Source: Hypanus sabinus (lineage: Eukaryota). Taken from it: 64,000 nt of DNA. The notes beneath the pieces were generated by a model. It saw nothing but the letters and a program-made list of their open reading frames with translations, searched no databases and was not told the DNA's origin. The stretch is taken from positions 27,466,001-27,530,000 of the forward strand of contig NC_082731.1 of NCBI RefSeq assembly GCF_030144855.1, read 5' to 3'. Shown piece after piece: positions 45,331 through 59,320 of this stretch (positions are counted from its first letter, which is position 1; every line of letters begins with the position of its first letter). The position numbers and the translations under genes were made by a program.

Positions 45331-48300
45331 GTGTTTAAAGAGCAATTGCACAGAGTACGGGAAAGGTGTGTACCTGTCAAAAGGAAGGATGGGGATGGAA
45401 GGATAAGAGAACCTAGGATATCCAGAAAGGTGATGAATTTGGTCAAGAAGGTGTATGTAAACCTTCAGAAGTTTGAATCAAATGAAACACATGAGGAGTA
45501 TAAAGGAAGTAAAGGGAATGAAGAAAGCCAGGAGGGGCCATGAAAAGTTCTTGGCAAGTAGGATTAAGGTAAATCACAAGGTGTTTTATACATACATCGA
45601 GAATAAGAGGATAACTCGGGAGAGGGTGGGACTACTCAAGGATGGGGGAGTAATATTTTGTTGGATGCAGAGAAGGTGAGTGAAGTGCCAAATGAGTACT
45701 TTGCTTCAGTATTTACCAAGGAAAAGGATATGGAGATCGGTGCTGAGCATATAAATACATGTGGACATTTAGAGGTCAAGGAGGAGAAAGTGTCAGGCCT
45801 CTTGATCAGGATTAAGAAGGATGTCCTATGGGCCAGATGGGAATTACCCCAGGTTATGAAGGAGGCAAGGGATGAAATTGCTGGGCCCTTGATCAGTCTA
45901 TCTTGCCACAGGTGAGTTCCCAGAGCAACTAAAAGCCACTAAAAGCGGCTAATTGTGAACCTCGATATCCCCATTTGGAAACCCATGGCCTAATTTGGGA
46001 GAGCCAGCATGGCTTTATGTGTGGCAGGTCGTGCCTTACAGATTGATTGAGTTTTTTGATAAGGTGACAAGACAGATTGATGAAGGCAGGGCAGTGGATG
46101 TTGTCCACATGGATTTTTGTAAGGCATTTGAGAAAGTCCTCCATGTGAGGCTATTCCAGAAGATTAAGATGCATGGGATCCACAACAAATTGGCTGTTTG
46201 GATTCAGAACTGGCTTGCACACAGAAGACAGAGGGTAATACTTGAGGAGACTTGTTCAACCTGGTGGTCAGTAATTAGTGGAGATCTGTAGGTATCTGTG
46301 CTGGAATTTCTGTTGTTTGTAATCTACATAAATAATTTGGATGAAAATGTGGATAGGTGGGTTTGTAAATTTGCAAATGATACCAAGACTGGTGAAGTTG
46401 TGGATAATGTAGAAGACTGGCAAAGAATACAGCACAATATTGATCAGCTGCAGATATGGACTGTGAAATGGCAGATGGAGTCTAATCTAGATAAATGTGA
46501 GGTGTTACACTTCGGGAGGGCAAATGCAAGGAGAGAGGACACCTTTAAGGGCAAGGTCTTTAACAGTGTTGTTAAGCAGGGAGTCCACAGGATCGAAGTT
46601 CATACTCCTTGAAAGTGCATGTATTAATTGAGGCATTGAGTTCAAAAGTCAGGAGGTTATGTTACAACTTTATAAAACTCAGGTTTGACCACACTGAAGC
46701 ATTGCAGACAATTCTGGTTGTTTCTCTATTGGAAGGATGTTGAGGTTTTGGAGAGGGTGCAGAACAGATTTACCAGGATGCTGCCTGGTTTCAAGGGAAC
46801 ATGCAATCTGGAGAGACCTCATAAACTTGGGTTGTTTCCTCCGGAGCACTGGAGGCTGAGGGGGGATCTACTCAAAGTTTACAAGATTATGAGAGACAAA
46901 GATAGAGTGGACAGAGAGTACCTCTTTCCCAGGGTTGAAATATGTGTTACCAGAAGGCATGAATTTCAGGTGAGGGGGATAGGTTCAAGGGGATGTGAGG
47001 GGTTAGTTTTATACTCGGAGTGGAGGATGCCTGAAATGCACTATCTGATGTGATGGTAGAGGCAAATACATTAGAGGTGTTTGTATAGGCAAGTGGATGT
47101 CGGGAAGAAGTGGGGGTATGGACATGGTGTAGGTGACAGGGATTGGTGTTTGGTTTCTTTTGAATTGCTTTATTGCTGGTTCGGCACAACAGTGCGGACC
47201 AAATGCCCCGTGGTGTAGTAAATTATTTTGGTGCCGCATCGCCATGGAAAGAATTTGTAGAGTGTCTACAAGATTTTTTAGAGCAGCTGACGATTGAGCC
47301 TACTCGGCAATTAGCTATTCTGGATTAGGTGTTGTGCAATGAACTGAAGTGGAGAGTTTAAGGTGAGGGAACACTTAGGAGCCAGTGATCAAAATGTGAT
47401 ATAATTCACCCTGCAATTAATTTGAGAAGGAGAAGCTAAAATCATATGGATCAGAATTACAGTGGAGTAAACGGAATTACGGAGGCATGAGAGCGGAGCC
47501 TGCCGAAATTTATGGTAAGGGGACACTAGCAAAGATGAAGACAGAGCAGGAATGGCTGGAAATTCTGGAGCAGTTTGAAAGGTACAAAATAGGTGTAGTT
47601 TGAAAGGCACAAGATAGGTGCTTTTAGAAGAAATATTCTAAAAGCAGGATGACAGCCAGCAGCATCTATGGAAAAGAATAACCAAATGATGCTTTGGGCC
47701 AAGACCCTTCATCAGTCTGAAAGTTTGAATGTTTAATCTTTTTCATAGATGCTGCCAATCTTGCAGAGCTCCTCCAGCATTGTGTGTGTGTTACCAATAA
47801 ACCCATAGGAGTACAGGAAATATACTAGCATGGATAGAACATTCTCTGATTGACAGTAGGTAGCTGCCGTTAACTCATGGTATTGCACAAAGGTTTGTGT
47901 TGGGACTGCTTCTTTTCATGTAGATATCAATGATTTGGATAATGTAATTGATGGCTTTTATGGCCAAAGTTGTGGATGATACAAAGACAGATGGAGCGGC
48001 TGGTAGAGTTGAGGAAGCAGACAGGCTACAAAAATACTTAGATTAAGAGAATGGGAAAAAAGTGACAGATATGATAAAGGGTTAGGATGTGAATGGTCAA
48101 ACAATTTGGGAGAAGAAATAAAGGTGTAGGCTGTATTATAAATGGAGAGAAAACTCAAAAATCTGAGGTGGAGGGATTTGGGAGTACTTGTGTAGGATTC
48201 CATTAAGGCTAATTTGCATGTTGAGTCTGTGGCGTGAAAGGCAAATGCAATGTTTGTATTCATTTCAAAAGAACTAAAGTATAAACACAAGGATGTAATG

Positions 48301-48850
48301 TTGAGTATTTATAAGGCACTGGTGAGGTCTCACTTGTAGTATGGTGAGCAGTTCTGGGCACCTCAATTAAGGAACGATTTGCAGACATTGAAGAGGGTTC
48401 AGAGGAGGTTCACAAAAATGATTCAGGGATTGAAAGGCTTATCATATGACAAGTGTTTGATGGCTCAGGGTCTGTATTCACTGGAATTTACAAGGATGAG
48501 GGGGGACCTATCAAATGCTGAAATCTCGATAGAGTTGACATGGAGAGGAGTTTTCTGTGGTGGAAGAGTCTAAGACTAGAGGACACAGCCTCAGAATAGA
48601 GGGCCATCCATTTAGAACAGAGATGAAGAGGAGTTTCTTTAGCTAGAGAGTGGAGAATCTGTCCCATTCGTTGCCACAGGCAGCTGTGGTACCCAACTCA
48701 TTGGGTATATTTAAGGAAGAGGTTGATAGATACTTGATTAGTCAGGACATAAACTGGGAAAAGGCAGGTAATTGGGACTAAGAGGGAAATTGGAACAGTC
48801 ATGATGAGCAGACATGATGGCGCAAATAGCCTAATTCTGCTCCTAAATCT
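45330..48850 (+). mobile_element. Multiple degenerate CR1 ORF2 fragments (small Penelope terminus piece at about 47680-47790)
   Basis: VDVVHMDFCKAFEKV, IYINNLD..CKFANDTK, ERVQNRFTRMLPG and KRVQRRFTKMIQG. Confidence 0.8.
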
Positions 48851-49092
48851 TATCTTATGGTTTTACTCAGGAGCTAAAACATTAGGCCAACTGTGGATCA
48901 TACTATAGGTCTGAACTGGTATTCGTATTCTTGTTTTGGGGTGACCTCAGAGAATAATGACAGACACTCCTTCATGGGATTCCATCTCCTGGAATGAGGA
49001 CAAACCACCTGTTATTTAGTTCATTCGTCCTCACAGGTTAAGTGCTGCACCTTGTCACACACAATTGTCATACTCTCCTATCTATATTTCAG

Positions 49093-49104
49093 GTTCAGCA
49101 GTGA
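49093..49104 (+). CDS. Candidate TM2 (cytoplasmic tail) exon, coding part VQQ*
   Basis: Lies in the first long non-repetitive stretch after TM1. Acceptor tactctcctatctatatttcag|GTT CAG CAG TGA is phase 0 and fits the TM1 donor, giving tail KVQQ. AATAAA follows 126 nt after the stop. Confidence 0.55.
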   Translation, partial: VQQ

Positions 49105-49229
49105 CCAGCAGATGCACATCCCACATTCAATCAAGAGATCCCCGTGTGGCTGCGATGTTTAGAAATTGAATCTCCATCTCATTCACTCAGCAATCCGAGG
49201 CTACTGCACTGCAACTGCTCATTTCAGGA

Positions 49230-49235
49230 AATAAA
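49230..49235 (+). terminator. Poly(A) signal for the membrane form (candidate)
   Basis: AATAAA in ttcaggaaataaacctct, downstream of the candidate TM2 stop. Confidence 0.5.
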
Positions 49236-51169
49236 CCTCTAAATGTACTGGGGATGCCAGATGGGAAATGGGGGCACAGAGCTGGTTAGGTGGGCAGAGG
49301 GACAGCAGTGGATGATACATTGGGAAAATGGCAGGATATGTGACACTGGAGGGGGTATACAGGAGGGGAGAGGAAGGCAGTGTTAAGGCTTGGAATGGGA
49401 AGCAGGAGATAGTGTGTGGTTAGTGGAGGAGAAGAGGGAGGTGAGGAAATGGGTATTATTGTTGGAGCAAGAAATTGACGTGGGAGGTGATTGTGGTGGA
49501 GGGTGGGCTCCGGATCTTGTTCTGTCATATTTTGTAAATCAGACGTTACAGAAATCATTGCCTGTAGCTTTTCTTTCATTATTCTGCTGGAGTTTATATA
49601 ATGATTTGAAATTATGTGAATTAAAAACAAAGAAAATGAGAAAATGAAGTGTCTGGAGTTGTTAAAACTGAGGGAAGCCATTCATCCCATCTTAGTTCCC
49701 TCATTAATGCAGTGACTTCACCTGCCTCCAAGTACAACAAGTCGGTAATGCATCCCAGGACAAATATCAGAATGATTTCCAGCCTGTGATATATGAGTGT
49801 AGCCCCACACGTACTGTTCATGTTTTTAATGGATTTCCCACAGCAGGAATACCAAGCTGCTGCACCCTGAGAAAGATACTCAGGAAAGCACAGAGGCTCA
49901 TTGGAAGAGTTTCTCAGAATGCTGTTACACATCCCAGAGACAGATATTGGTGGAATGTTTCATAATGAGTGTCTCAATCCCATATTTTGACACATTATTC
50001 TAATCTCCACACTCCATGTCCTATAAGACTGTAGGTACAGGAGCTTCTCCATTGCACACACAATCTCCATTCAATGCCTCAGCTGAAAGGCAGCACCTCA
50101 GTCCCTCTGTACTACAGTGAACAGCTAAGTCACCTGAATTTTTGTTCTCAGGTCACTGAAAAGGCACGTAACAGCATCAATGTCCTGGAACAGAACTTAT
50201 TGTGAGGACCAAAGCTTTTGGCCTGGTTGGTGCTTAGCTGAAGGAAACCCAACATAGAGTGTGGAGGTGTTGGTACAAGTACAGGTGAAACAGAACTGGA
50301 TTTCAACCAGGTACATGTTTTAATGGGATGTCAGCAAGAAAGAACATTTAAAAAAATATGCCAATGCAGGAAAATACAACATGTACTGGGAGCAATTCTC
50401 TTAAAACACACCGGGAGTAGAAAAGATAATCAAGTATGAAATTATTGCAAACCAAGAATAGAATAGAACACAACAGCTGTTTGGAGGATGAACACCAGCA
50501 CCTGATTTGAGCAGAGTAAATCCAAGGGACAGACATTGGAGGAAGGCACACAGTACCAGATATTGAAGGAATATACTCTAGGAATAGACATTGGGGAAAG
50601 CTCTGAAAGACCAGACAATGAGAAAAATACTCCTCCATAGGACCAGAAATTGTGGTTAATTCTCAATGTCATTCATGAGGAAGTATGACAAGAGCTTAGG
50701 AATACACAAATGATCTTCAGGAAGGGTGGTGATTCCCATGTGTGGGAAGTACTTTAAAATCAGCTATTTGGAAGACTCTGAGGATCAGATTCCCAACCCC
50801 ATATCTGAGGAGTGCACCATGTTCAGACATTTGGGAAAATATATATGGAGTAGATTTTAGAGATTGCACCTACAATCATGTATTGGAGGAGTTTGCCTGT
50901 GCCCATAACCTGGAGTGCAGAGCAGGTCCTGAGGGGGCATGGCACTGAATCAGATACTGGGAAGTTATTGCAGCTAAGGAGATAACTTGGGTCCAGATCC
51001 TGTGGAGATTTCCCAAGCCCATAACCTGGACTTACACTGGTCACTCATGTGTAAGCAGGACTGGCCAATCCAAATATTGACAAGAATCGTTCCTAATGAT
51101 ATATCTGCAATTTAATTTAAAATCAGTCCCATTCTCATGGGATCCATCATGATACAACATAAGTGTGGA

Positions 51170-51480
51170 TGACTTTTAGTCATTCATTCATGAGATGTGA
51201 GTAGAATGACATTTCTTTCCCATATCATCTGCTCTTGAATGGGGTGGATTACTGAGCCATTTCACAGGGCAGTTAAAGGTCAGTTACATTACTGTGGCCC
51301 TGGAGACATATACAGGCCAGACCATGTAAAGTCAGCAGATTCCCTTCCCTGAAACACGTCAGTCATGCATTTAGACACCACTCCATTTTGTCAAAGCCAC
51401 AGTTACATGCTTAATAAACTGACTTTAAACATCCCAGCTGCCGTGATGTGATCTGAACTTACGTATCTACATCACCAACT
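51170..51480 (-). mobile_element. Degenerate elasmobranch SINE remnant
   Basis: ttcattcattcatgagatgtg..gagccatttcacagggcagttaa..ggagacatatacaggccagacc..gcagattcccttccct resembles the shark/ray SINE body. Confidence 0.45.
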
Positions 51481-51879
51481 CAACTTCTCGATTAAATGAA
51501 CACAGAAGGTGGAGGGTGAAAGAGGGTTAGAAACAAGGAATGACAAGGAGTGAGAGGTCAGAGTAAGAGGGAGAGATCCCTTGAAGGCCAGTATACTGGA
51601 CTGAGATCCAAATCCGGGACATGTTCCTCACATCCTGCTCAGCACCCTGTGTTGTGGGTACTGGAAATCTCACTGACTTTGTGAATGTGTGGCTCTGCAA
51701 ATCATGATCCAAGTATATTTTCACACAAAACTGCATCACCACAGAGAATTCTTCCTTTCAAATCTCATTCTGGAGCTTTGTCCAAATGACTGCTGATACC
51801 CAGATGAAGGAGTCCTCTAGGTGATGGAAATCGATCCCATAAAATGCCGAAAGCTATAGACTGGTGAATGCAATCTATT

Positions 51880-54480
51880 ATAATGGAGAAAGAATAAGTG
51901 GGAAGTCAGACTGGTAAGAATTTAACAACCTCAGAAGGCAATGAAAAGAAGTCTTAAAGAAGCAGAACAGGGAATACAAAAGTAAGCTAGCTAATAATAT
52001 TAAAGAGGATACCAATAGTTCCTTCAGATGCATAAACTGTAAAAGAGAGACAGAAGTGGATATCAGACTACTGGAAAATGATGCTAAAGAAGTAGTAATA
52101 GGGGGCAAGGGTGGAAAAACTGAAGAAGTATTTTGCATCAGTCTTCACTGTGGAAGGCACGAGCAGTATGGAAACTTTGAGAGTATTAGAGGGCAGAAGT
52201 GGGAGATGCTGCCATTACTAGGGAGAAGGTTTTTGAGAAACTGAAAGGTCTAAAGGTAGGTAAGTCACCTGGACCAGATGATGTACACCCAGGGTTCTGG
52301 AGGAGGTGACTGAAGAGATTGTGGAGGCATTAGTGAGATCTTTGAATCAATAGATTCTGGAATGGTTCCAGAACACTGGAAAATTGGAAATGTCATTTGA
52401 AAATTGGAAAATTGGAAATTTTCAAGAAGGAGAAAGGCAGAAGAAAGGAATCCGCTGGCCAGTTATGCTGATCTTAGTGGTTGGGAAGATTTTGGAGTCG
52501 ATTTTTAAGGTTGTAGTTTCTGGGTACTTGGAGGCACATCATGAAGTAGGCTTCAGTCAGCATGGTGTCCTCAAGGAAAACCTTGCCTGAGAAATTTGTT
52601 GCAATTCTTTAAAGAGTTACCAAGCAGATTAGAATCAGGCGATATTGTGTAATTGGATTTTCAGAAGGCGTTTGACAAGGCGCTGCACACAAAGCTGCTT
52701 CACAAGTTAAGAACCCATGGTATTACAGGAAAGACACTAGCATGGATAAAGTGGCTGATTGCCACGAGGCAAGGAATGGGAAAAAAGGGAGACTTTTCTG
52801 GTTGGCTGCTGATGACTAGCAGTGGGACTGCTTCTTTTAATGAAAAATGTCAATGACTTGGTTGATGGTAATGTTGGCTTTGTTGCAATGTTTGTGTATG
52901 AATCAAGATGGGTGGAGGAGCAGGTAGTTTTGAGGAAGTAGAGAGGCTACAGAAGGACTAAGACAGTTTTGGAGAGTGGGAAATGAAGCAGCAGATGGAA
53001 TACAATGTTTGGAATTGGCCATGCACTTTGGTAGAAGAAATAAAAGGGCAGGCTGTTTACTAAATGGACAGAAAATTCAAAAATCTGAAGTGCAAAGGAA
53101 CTTGGGAGTCCTTGTGCAGAATTTCCTAAAGGCTAGTTTGCAGGTTGAGTCAGTGGTGAGGGAGGCAAATGTGATGTCAGCATTCATTCCAAAAGGGCAA
53201 GAAGATAAAAACAAGGATGTAATGTTGAGGCTTTGGAAAACATTGGTGAGACCCAACTTGGAGTACTGTGAGCACTTTTGGGCCCCTTATCTAAGAAAGA
53301 ATGTGCTGACATTGGGGAGAGTTCAAAGGACATTCACAAAAATGATTCTGGGATGGAAAGGCTTGTCATATGGAGAGCATTTCATGTACTCACTGGAATT
53401 CAGAAGAATGAGCGGTGACCCTATTGAAACCGATCAAATGTTGAAAAGCCTTGATAAGAGTGGATGTGAAGAGGATGGTGGGCGAGACTAAGACGGAAGG
53501 ACAGAATAGAGGGGACTCCTTTTAGAATGGAGATGAGGATGATTTTTTTTCCAGCAGAGCATAGAGAGTCTGTGGAATTTGCTACCACAGGCAGCTGTGG
53601 AGGCCAAGTCTGGACATATTCAAGGCAGAGGTTTTTTCTTGATTAATCAGTGCATGAAGGGATATGGGGAGCAGACAGGAGATTGGGGCTGAGAGGGAAA
53701 ATGGATCAGCCATGATGAAATGGCAGACTAGACTTGATGGGCCAAATGGCCTAATTCTACTCCTATATCGTATGGTCTTAATGGAGGAGTTCTGAGGGTT
53801 AACAGCTATTTCAAAAAACCGATGTTGATTAGGATTAGTGACCAAGGCTCTGTGTGTGGGAGGTTATGCCTCATGAATTTCCTCCATTTAGTCCCTGCTC
53901 CACCTTCCATAAGACCATAAGATTTCTATCTTTCTGTTCCCCTTTGTCCATTCCTCATCTATTAGGTCATGGTAGTTCAGTGAGAATGGCTCTTGGGGCA
54001 GTGTTTTACTCTCTGTGTGGGATGTGGGAAGTCTGTGAGACCTCCAGTCTCCCAGGTGAACACATCTGCACCAGGTGCACCGAGTTGCAGCAACTGAGAG
54101 AATGTATTAAGGAACTGCAGCTGCAGCTCGATGAGCTTCAACTCATACGGCAGAATGAGGAGGTGACAAACAGAGGCTAAAGGGAGGTAATTACCCCATG
54201 ATTGCAGGAGACAGGTGACTGGGTGACTATCAGGAGAAGGAGGGGAAATGCACAGCCAATGCAGCGAATACCTGTGGCTGTTCCCCTCAATAATAAGTAT
54301 TTAACTTTAGATACTATTGAGGGGCCAACATAACAGTGGGGAGCCAGAGGGACAGGGTCTCTGGCACTAGTGATGTGGCTCAGAAGAGGAGAGAGGTGAA
54401 GAGGAATGCACTGTTGATAGAGGAACAGATAAAAGTTTCTGTGGGTCCGATCAAATGTCCCAAGATGCAACAGTCTGGAC
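51880..54480 (+). mobile_element. CR1 ORF2 and 3' end followed directly by a CR1 5'/ORF1 fragment
   Basis: MDFQKAFDK and RPNLEYCEHFWAPYL, then HICTRCTELQQLRECIKELQLQ. The junction resembles 25560-26300. Confidence 0.85.
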
Positions 54481-54574
54481 TGCTGAGACCATTCAGAATT
54501 GGGAGGACTGTGATGGTGGCAGTCACTACTCCCAATCCCATTGATTCATTGGTAGGTTCAACATTCAAAATCAG

Positions 54575-55630
54575 AATCAGAATCAGGTTTAATATCACCA
54601 GCATGTGTCATGAAATTTGTTAACTATGCAGCAGCACTTCAATGCAATACCTAATATAAAAGAAAAATAAATAAGTAAATCAATTACGGTATATGTATAT
54701 TGAACAAGATTAAAAATATATAAATTCAGAAATAATATATATTTAAAAAGTGAGGGGGTGTTCATGGGTTCAATGTCCATTTAAGAATTGAATGGCAGAG
54801 GGGCAGAAGCTGTTCCTGAATCACTGAGTGTGTGCCTTCAGGTTTCTGTACCTCCTATCTGATGGTAATGGGTGCTGGGGGTCCTTAATAATGGACGCTG
54901 CCTTTCTGAGATTCCTCTCTTTGAAGATGTCCTGGGTACTAAGTAGGCTAGTACCCAAGATGGAGCCGACTAAATTTACGACCCTCTGCAGCTTCTTTCG
55001 GTTCTGTGGAGTAGCCACCCACCACCCCACCCAGCCCCCGCCCCCCACCAGACAGTGTGGCAGCCTGTCAGAATGCTCTCCATGGTACATCTATAGAAGC
55101 TTTTGAGTGTTTCTGTTGACATACCAAATCTCTTCAAACTCATAATGAAGTATTGTCACTGTCGTGCCTTCTTTACAGCTGCATCGATATGTTGGGAGCA
55201 TGTTAGGTGCTCAGAGATCTTGACACCAAGGAACTTGAAATGGCTCTCTGTCTCCACTTCTGATTCCTCTATGAGGATTGATATGTGTTCTTTGATCTTC
55301 CCCTTCCTGAAGTCCACAATCAGCTCTTTCATCTTACTGATTGAGTGGAAGGTTATTGCTGTGACACCACTCCACAAGTCAGTATATCTCACTCCTGCAC
55401 ACCCTCTCATCTCCATCTGAGATTCTACCACCAATGGTTGGATCATCAGCAAATTTACAGATGGTATTTGAGCGATAGCTGGCCACACAGTCATGGGTAT
55501 AGAGAGAGAGAGAAGCAGTGGGCTAAGCAAACACCCCTCACGTGCACCAGTGTTGATCGTCAGCAAGGAGAAGATATTATCACCAATTGTGGTCTTCCTA
55601 ACCGGAACATCTAATTGCAGAGGGAGGTAC
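54575..55630 (-). mobile_element. Rex1/Babar-like LINE 3' fragment
   Basis: LTINTGAREGCLLSPLL, KMKELIVDFRK, FKFLGVKISEHLT and KAASIIKDP..LPSDRRYRNLKAH. Tail of (gattct)n type at 54575-54590. Confidence 0.8.
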
Positions 55631-55659
55631 AAAGGCCCAGGTACTGTAACTTATCTGTG

Positions 55660-58600
55660 AGTTACTGCCCGCTGCGAGAGTAGGGTCAACCCATGCCTGC
55701 AACTGTCATAGACAGTCGCCCACTAGGTTCCGGGCAGATCCAGTGGATTTGCAGATCAGGATAGCAGATCATGTGGAAGACAGCAGCTTCAGTATTATTG
55801 ATTCTCACACTAACATTATCTGTTCCCTTTACTACCCTAATTTGAGTACCAAGTCCCCTCCTGGCCCTGCCCCTCAATTGCTTGGTGCAGTCATTGTACG
55901 AGGGCTTGTTTGTGGCATGGTGTTCCAAGACCCAGACCGTCCCATGAAAAATTACCAAAAAGAGGGCAGCTGTCAGTGCGAAGTAACCCAAGACCTTCTG
56001 GTGACCCAGTCCTGCACTCCTGGATGGACAAACTGATTCCAGACAACGGGGCTGTATGAGCCCCGACACTATCGAGTCTGGATCCCACAGGAATTAGAGA
56101 GAGGGAATCTGACATTCAAGAGAGGACCAAAGAAATGCCTCAACTTCCTGGGGAACTTGCAGCCAACCATAAGGAATACAGCTACCATGTCTTGAGTAAC
56201 TGAAAAACTCCATTATGCCCAGGCTTGAAGCCTATTTCCAGGAGGGAAAGAACCCTCTGTAATGCCCTGCTGCCATCACCTGAGGATTCAGATGGGAATT
56301 GGGACTCAGATTTGGCTCGTTTCCATGAATGAGCTTTGTGAGCCTCGGGAGCGGACTCTGAGGTCTATTGAATCACTCCAGTGGCTAAAAATCTTCAGGG
56401 TTCATCTTTGAAAGGAAGTCCAAGGAAACAGCACACCCAAACCTGTTGAACGCACTTCCATCTGCAAGGACATGGAGGAGGCCTTCAGTAAGGGAAAGGA
56501 ATTTACTCTTCCAAAACACTGACCCTACAACAGTGCAATATCTGCTGCCTGGTACTTGTCCCCTGCAGGGTTGATTAAATGTGCTCTTGGGCCCAGAGGG
56601 AAGTGTAGTGGAAGAGTATCTCAAGGAGACTCTTGCCACAGGCCTCATTTGGCCCTCCACCTCACTCACTGGCACAGGCTTCTGCTTCATACAAAATAAG
56701 GATGGGAGCCTGCAGCCATGCATTGATTATAGAGGATTAAACTGCATGATGGCCAAAGATCGCTACCTGCTGCCATTCATGGACTTCAAAATGTTCCAAG
56801 AGTGAGAGTATTCACTAACGTGGAATGACAAAATGTGTAACATCTGGTCCATATAAGAAAATGTGATGAATGGAAGACTGCATTCAATACACAAATGGGG
56901 CACTACGAGTACCTGGTTATGCCCTTCAGCCTCATTAATACTCCAGTCATTATGCATATTCTTGATAACTATCTACAGTGATGATATCCTCATCTTTTCA
57001 AAGTCCATGGGGAAGAACGACGTTAAAGTCAGGGACATTTTAAAGAGGCTTCTAGAACATGGAGTTGATGCTCTGTTGGAGAAGTCTGAGTTTCATGTGA
57101 TGACTGTTGGATTTTTGGTGTTCATCATCTCCATTGGCAATCTCAAGATGGAGCCTACCAAGACCCAGGCAGTCAGAGACTGGCTGCCACCATCTAGAAT
57201 CAAACAAATCCAATGTTTCTTGGGATTTGCAAATTTCTACCAGAAGTTCATAAGCATCTCCAGTTGGTGCAGGTCTGATGTTGCTAATTAAGCATTCTAT
57301 TCACCCTTAAGTCTGGATGACTGAAGCAGAGTCTGCATTTGTTGAGCTCAAACAGTGGTTCACAACAGCTTCTATCTTGGTTTCTCCTAACCCGGACCTC
57401 CCATTCATCATGGGTGTGGACACCTCAATCAATGGACTGGGTGCCATCTCGTCTCAACGATCACCTTCAGATGGTAAACTACGCCCATGTGCATTCTTCT
57501 CCAGGTGGTTATCCCTGGCAGAGAGGAGGAACAATGATGACGGGAATTGGGAGCCCCTTGCAGTTCTTAGCTTTCCAGTAATGGCATCACTGGTTTGAGA
57601 GGGCCCGGAACCCTTTTATCTTTTGGACTGACCAGAAGAAGCAGGCTTATATTCAGCAGGCCAAGAGGCTGAATTCCAGGTAGGTCAGGTTGACTTTGTT
57701 CTTCGATTTCATACTGATCTATTGACTGGGGTGAAAGAACCAGAAGCCAGATGCCCTGTCCCATGAGTTTGACGAACCCGAATGAGGGGAGCAACCTACC
57801 CCCATTTTGCCACAAGTCAGAGTGGGTCGCGGTAATTTGATGAGCAATCGAAGCTCCTGTTCACAAGGCCCAAGCGCAAGAACAACCCTCTGGGTCAGCT
57901 CTTTGTCCCAGGTTCAGTCTGGTCACAGATACTCCAGTGGTGTCATTCATCAAGAATGACCACACTACCAGGGATCTACAGGACCCTCAAATTTAACAAG
58001 AGGAGGAATTGGTGGCCCAGAACGACGAAAGAGGTTCAGCATTTCATGGAAGCATGTAAGGTGTGTGACTGGAACAACAAGGCTCATGCCCGATTTCAGG
58101 GGCTCTCCCCTCCCACCATTCTGTTCTGGAAAGACATTGGACGCACACCTTTATGGACATTGTCACAGGTCTCCTGCCATCCAAGGGAAGTCGGTCATCA
58201 TGGTAATTGTCGATTGGTTTTTGAAAGCCTTTTGAAAGTTCATTGCCCTGGAGACACAACCATCTACAGTGTGGACAGCCAAAATTGTCCTGGTCCTGGT
58301 GTTCAGGATCCACAGATTCCTGGTGGACATTGCCTCAGATTGTGGTCCACAATAAACATCACATTTCTGGAGACTGTTCTGTAAATTGATATGGGCAACA
58401 GTAACCTTTTCCTCTGGGTTTCACCCGCAATCCAAAGGTCAGATGGAGTGAACTAAACAAGATTTAGAACGTACCCTAATATCCCTGGCGTCAGAAAGAC
58501 CTTATGAGTGGTGCGAGTATTTGATGTGGGACGGCAACAACACCTTTCAGCACTCAGCATTTGAGATGTCACCATTCAAGTGACAATTTGATTATCCACA

Positions 58601-59320
58601 GCCTCTCTTTCCATGCAAGGAGGCAGAGGTTGGCGTCCCAGCGGCCAAAGATTTCATTCAATGCTGCTCGCAGAACTGGATTAGGGCGTGAGAAACTTTT
58701 CTGGCCTCTATCCAGAGGTCAGAGACTAAGGCCAACTGAAGGAAATGACAGGGACCTATTTATACCCTGAGCTACAGGTCTGGCTGTCCACTTATAATTT
58801 GCATCTTCGTGTGGAATCTAGAAAGTTGGTGAGCAAATTTACAGGGCCCATCCAAGTACGTCGGAAAGTAAACCACTTGGCTTATACTTTTCAGCTCCCC
58901 AAGACTCTAAAGATCAAACCCACCTTCCACATCTCTAAATTAAATCCTGTCTGCATCAGCCCCTTAGCCCCACCACCATCAGCCCCGATGCCACTCTGGA
59001 TAATTGAGAGGGAACAGATCTTCACAGTGAGAAGACATTTTTACTTGTGTACTGCTCCGGGTGTTCGACAATACTTTGTGGACCGGGAAGAATTTGGACC
59101 CCAGGAGAGTTGCTGGGTGCCTGATAGAAACATCTTAGATCCAGCCCTCTTCGACGACTATCATCATCACCTCTACAAACAGCCAGAGTTGTCAGCAGTC
59201 AGCCATAGGTGATGGGTCCTGTTGCAAAACGCTTCTGGAATTTAGACGCTCTTACTCTTCACAGTGCGGATAGCTAGTGCAGCCGCTTTAAGGATTCAGA
59301 ACAGTCCCACTAATAGGCAA
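55660..59320 (+). mobile_element. Gypsy chromovirus-type pol remnant (protease, RT, RNase H, integrase, chromodomain) with start of 3' LTR
   Basis: [51 protein letters not shown], and chromodomain RQYFVD..FGPQESCWVP..ILDP. Possible LTR start tgttgca near 59219. Confidence 0.88.

Noticed and set aside
49500-51870. Additional exon or next gene in the unique stretch downstream of the candidate TM2
   Set aside because: Only short ORFs without recognisable motifs; no leader, V exon or convincing splice pairs were found.
59263-59300. CACAGTG heptamers (here and in exons C5 and C4') as recombination signal sequences
   Set aside because: No nonamer at 12 or 23 spacing and no V/D/J-like coding flank.
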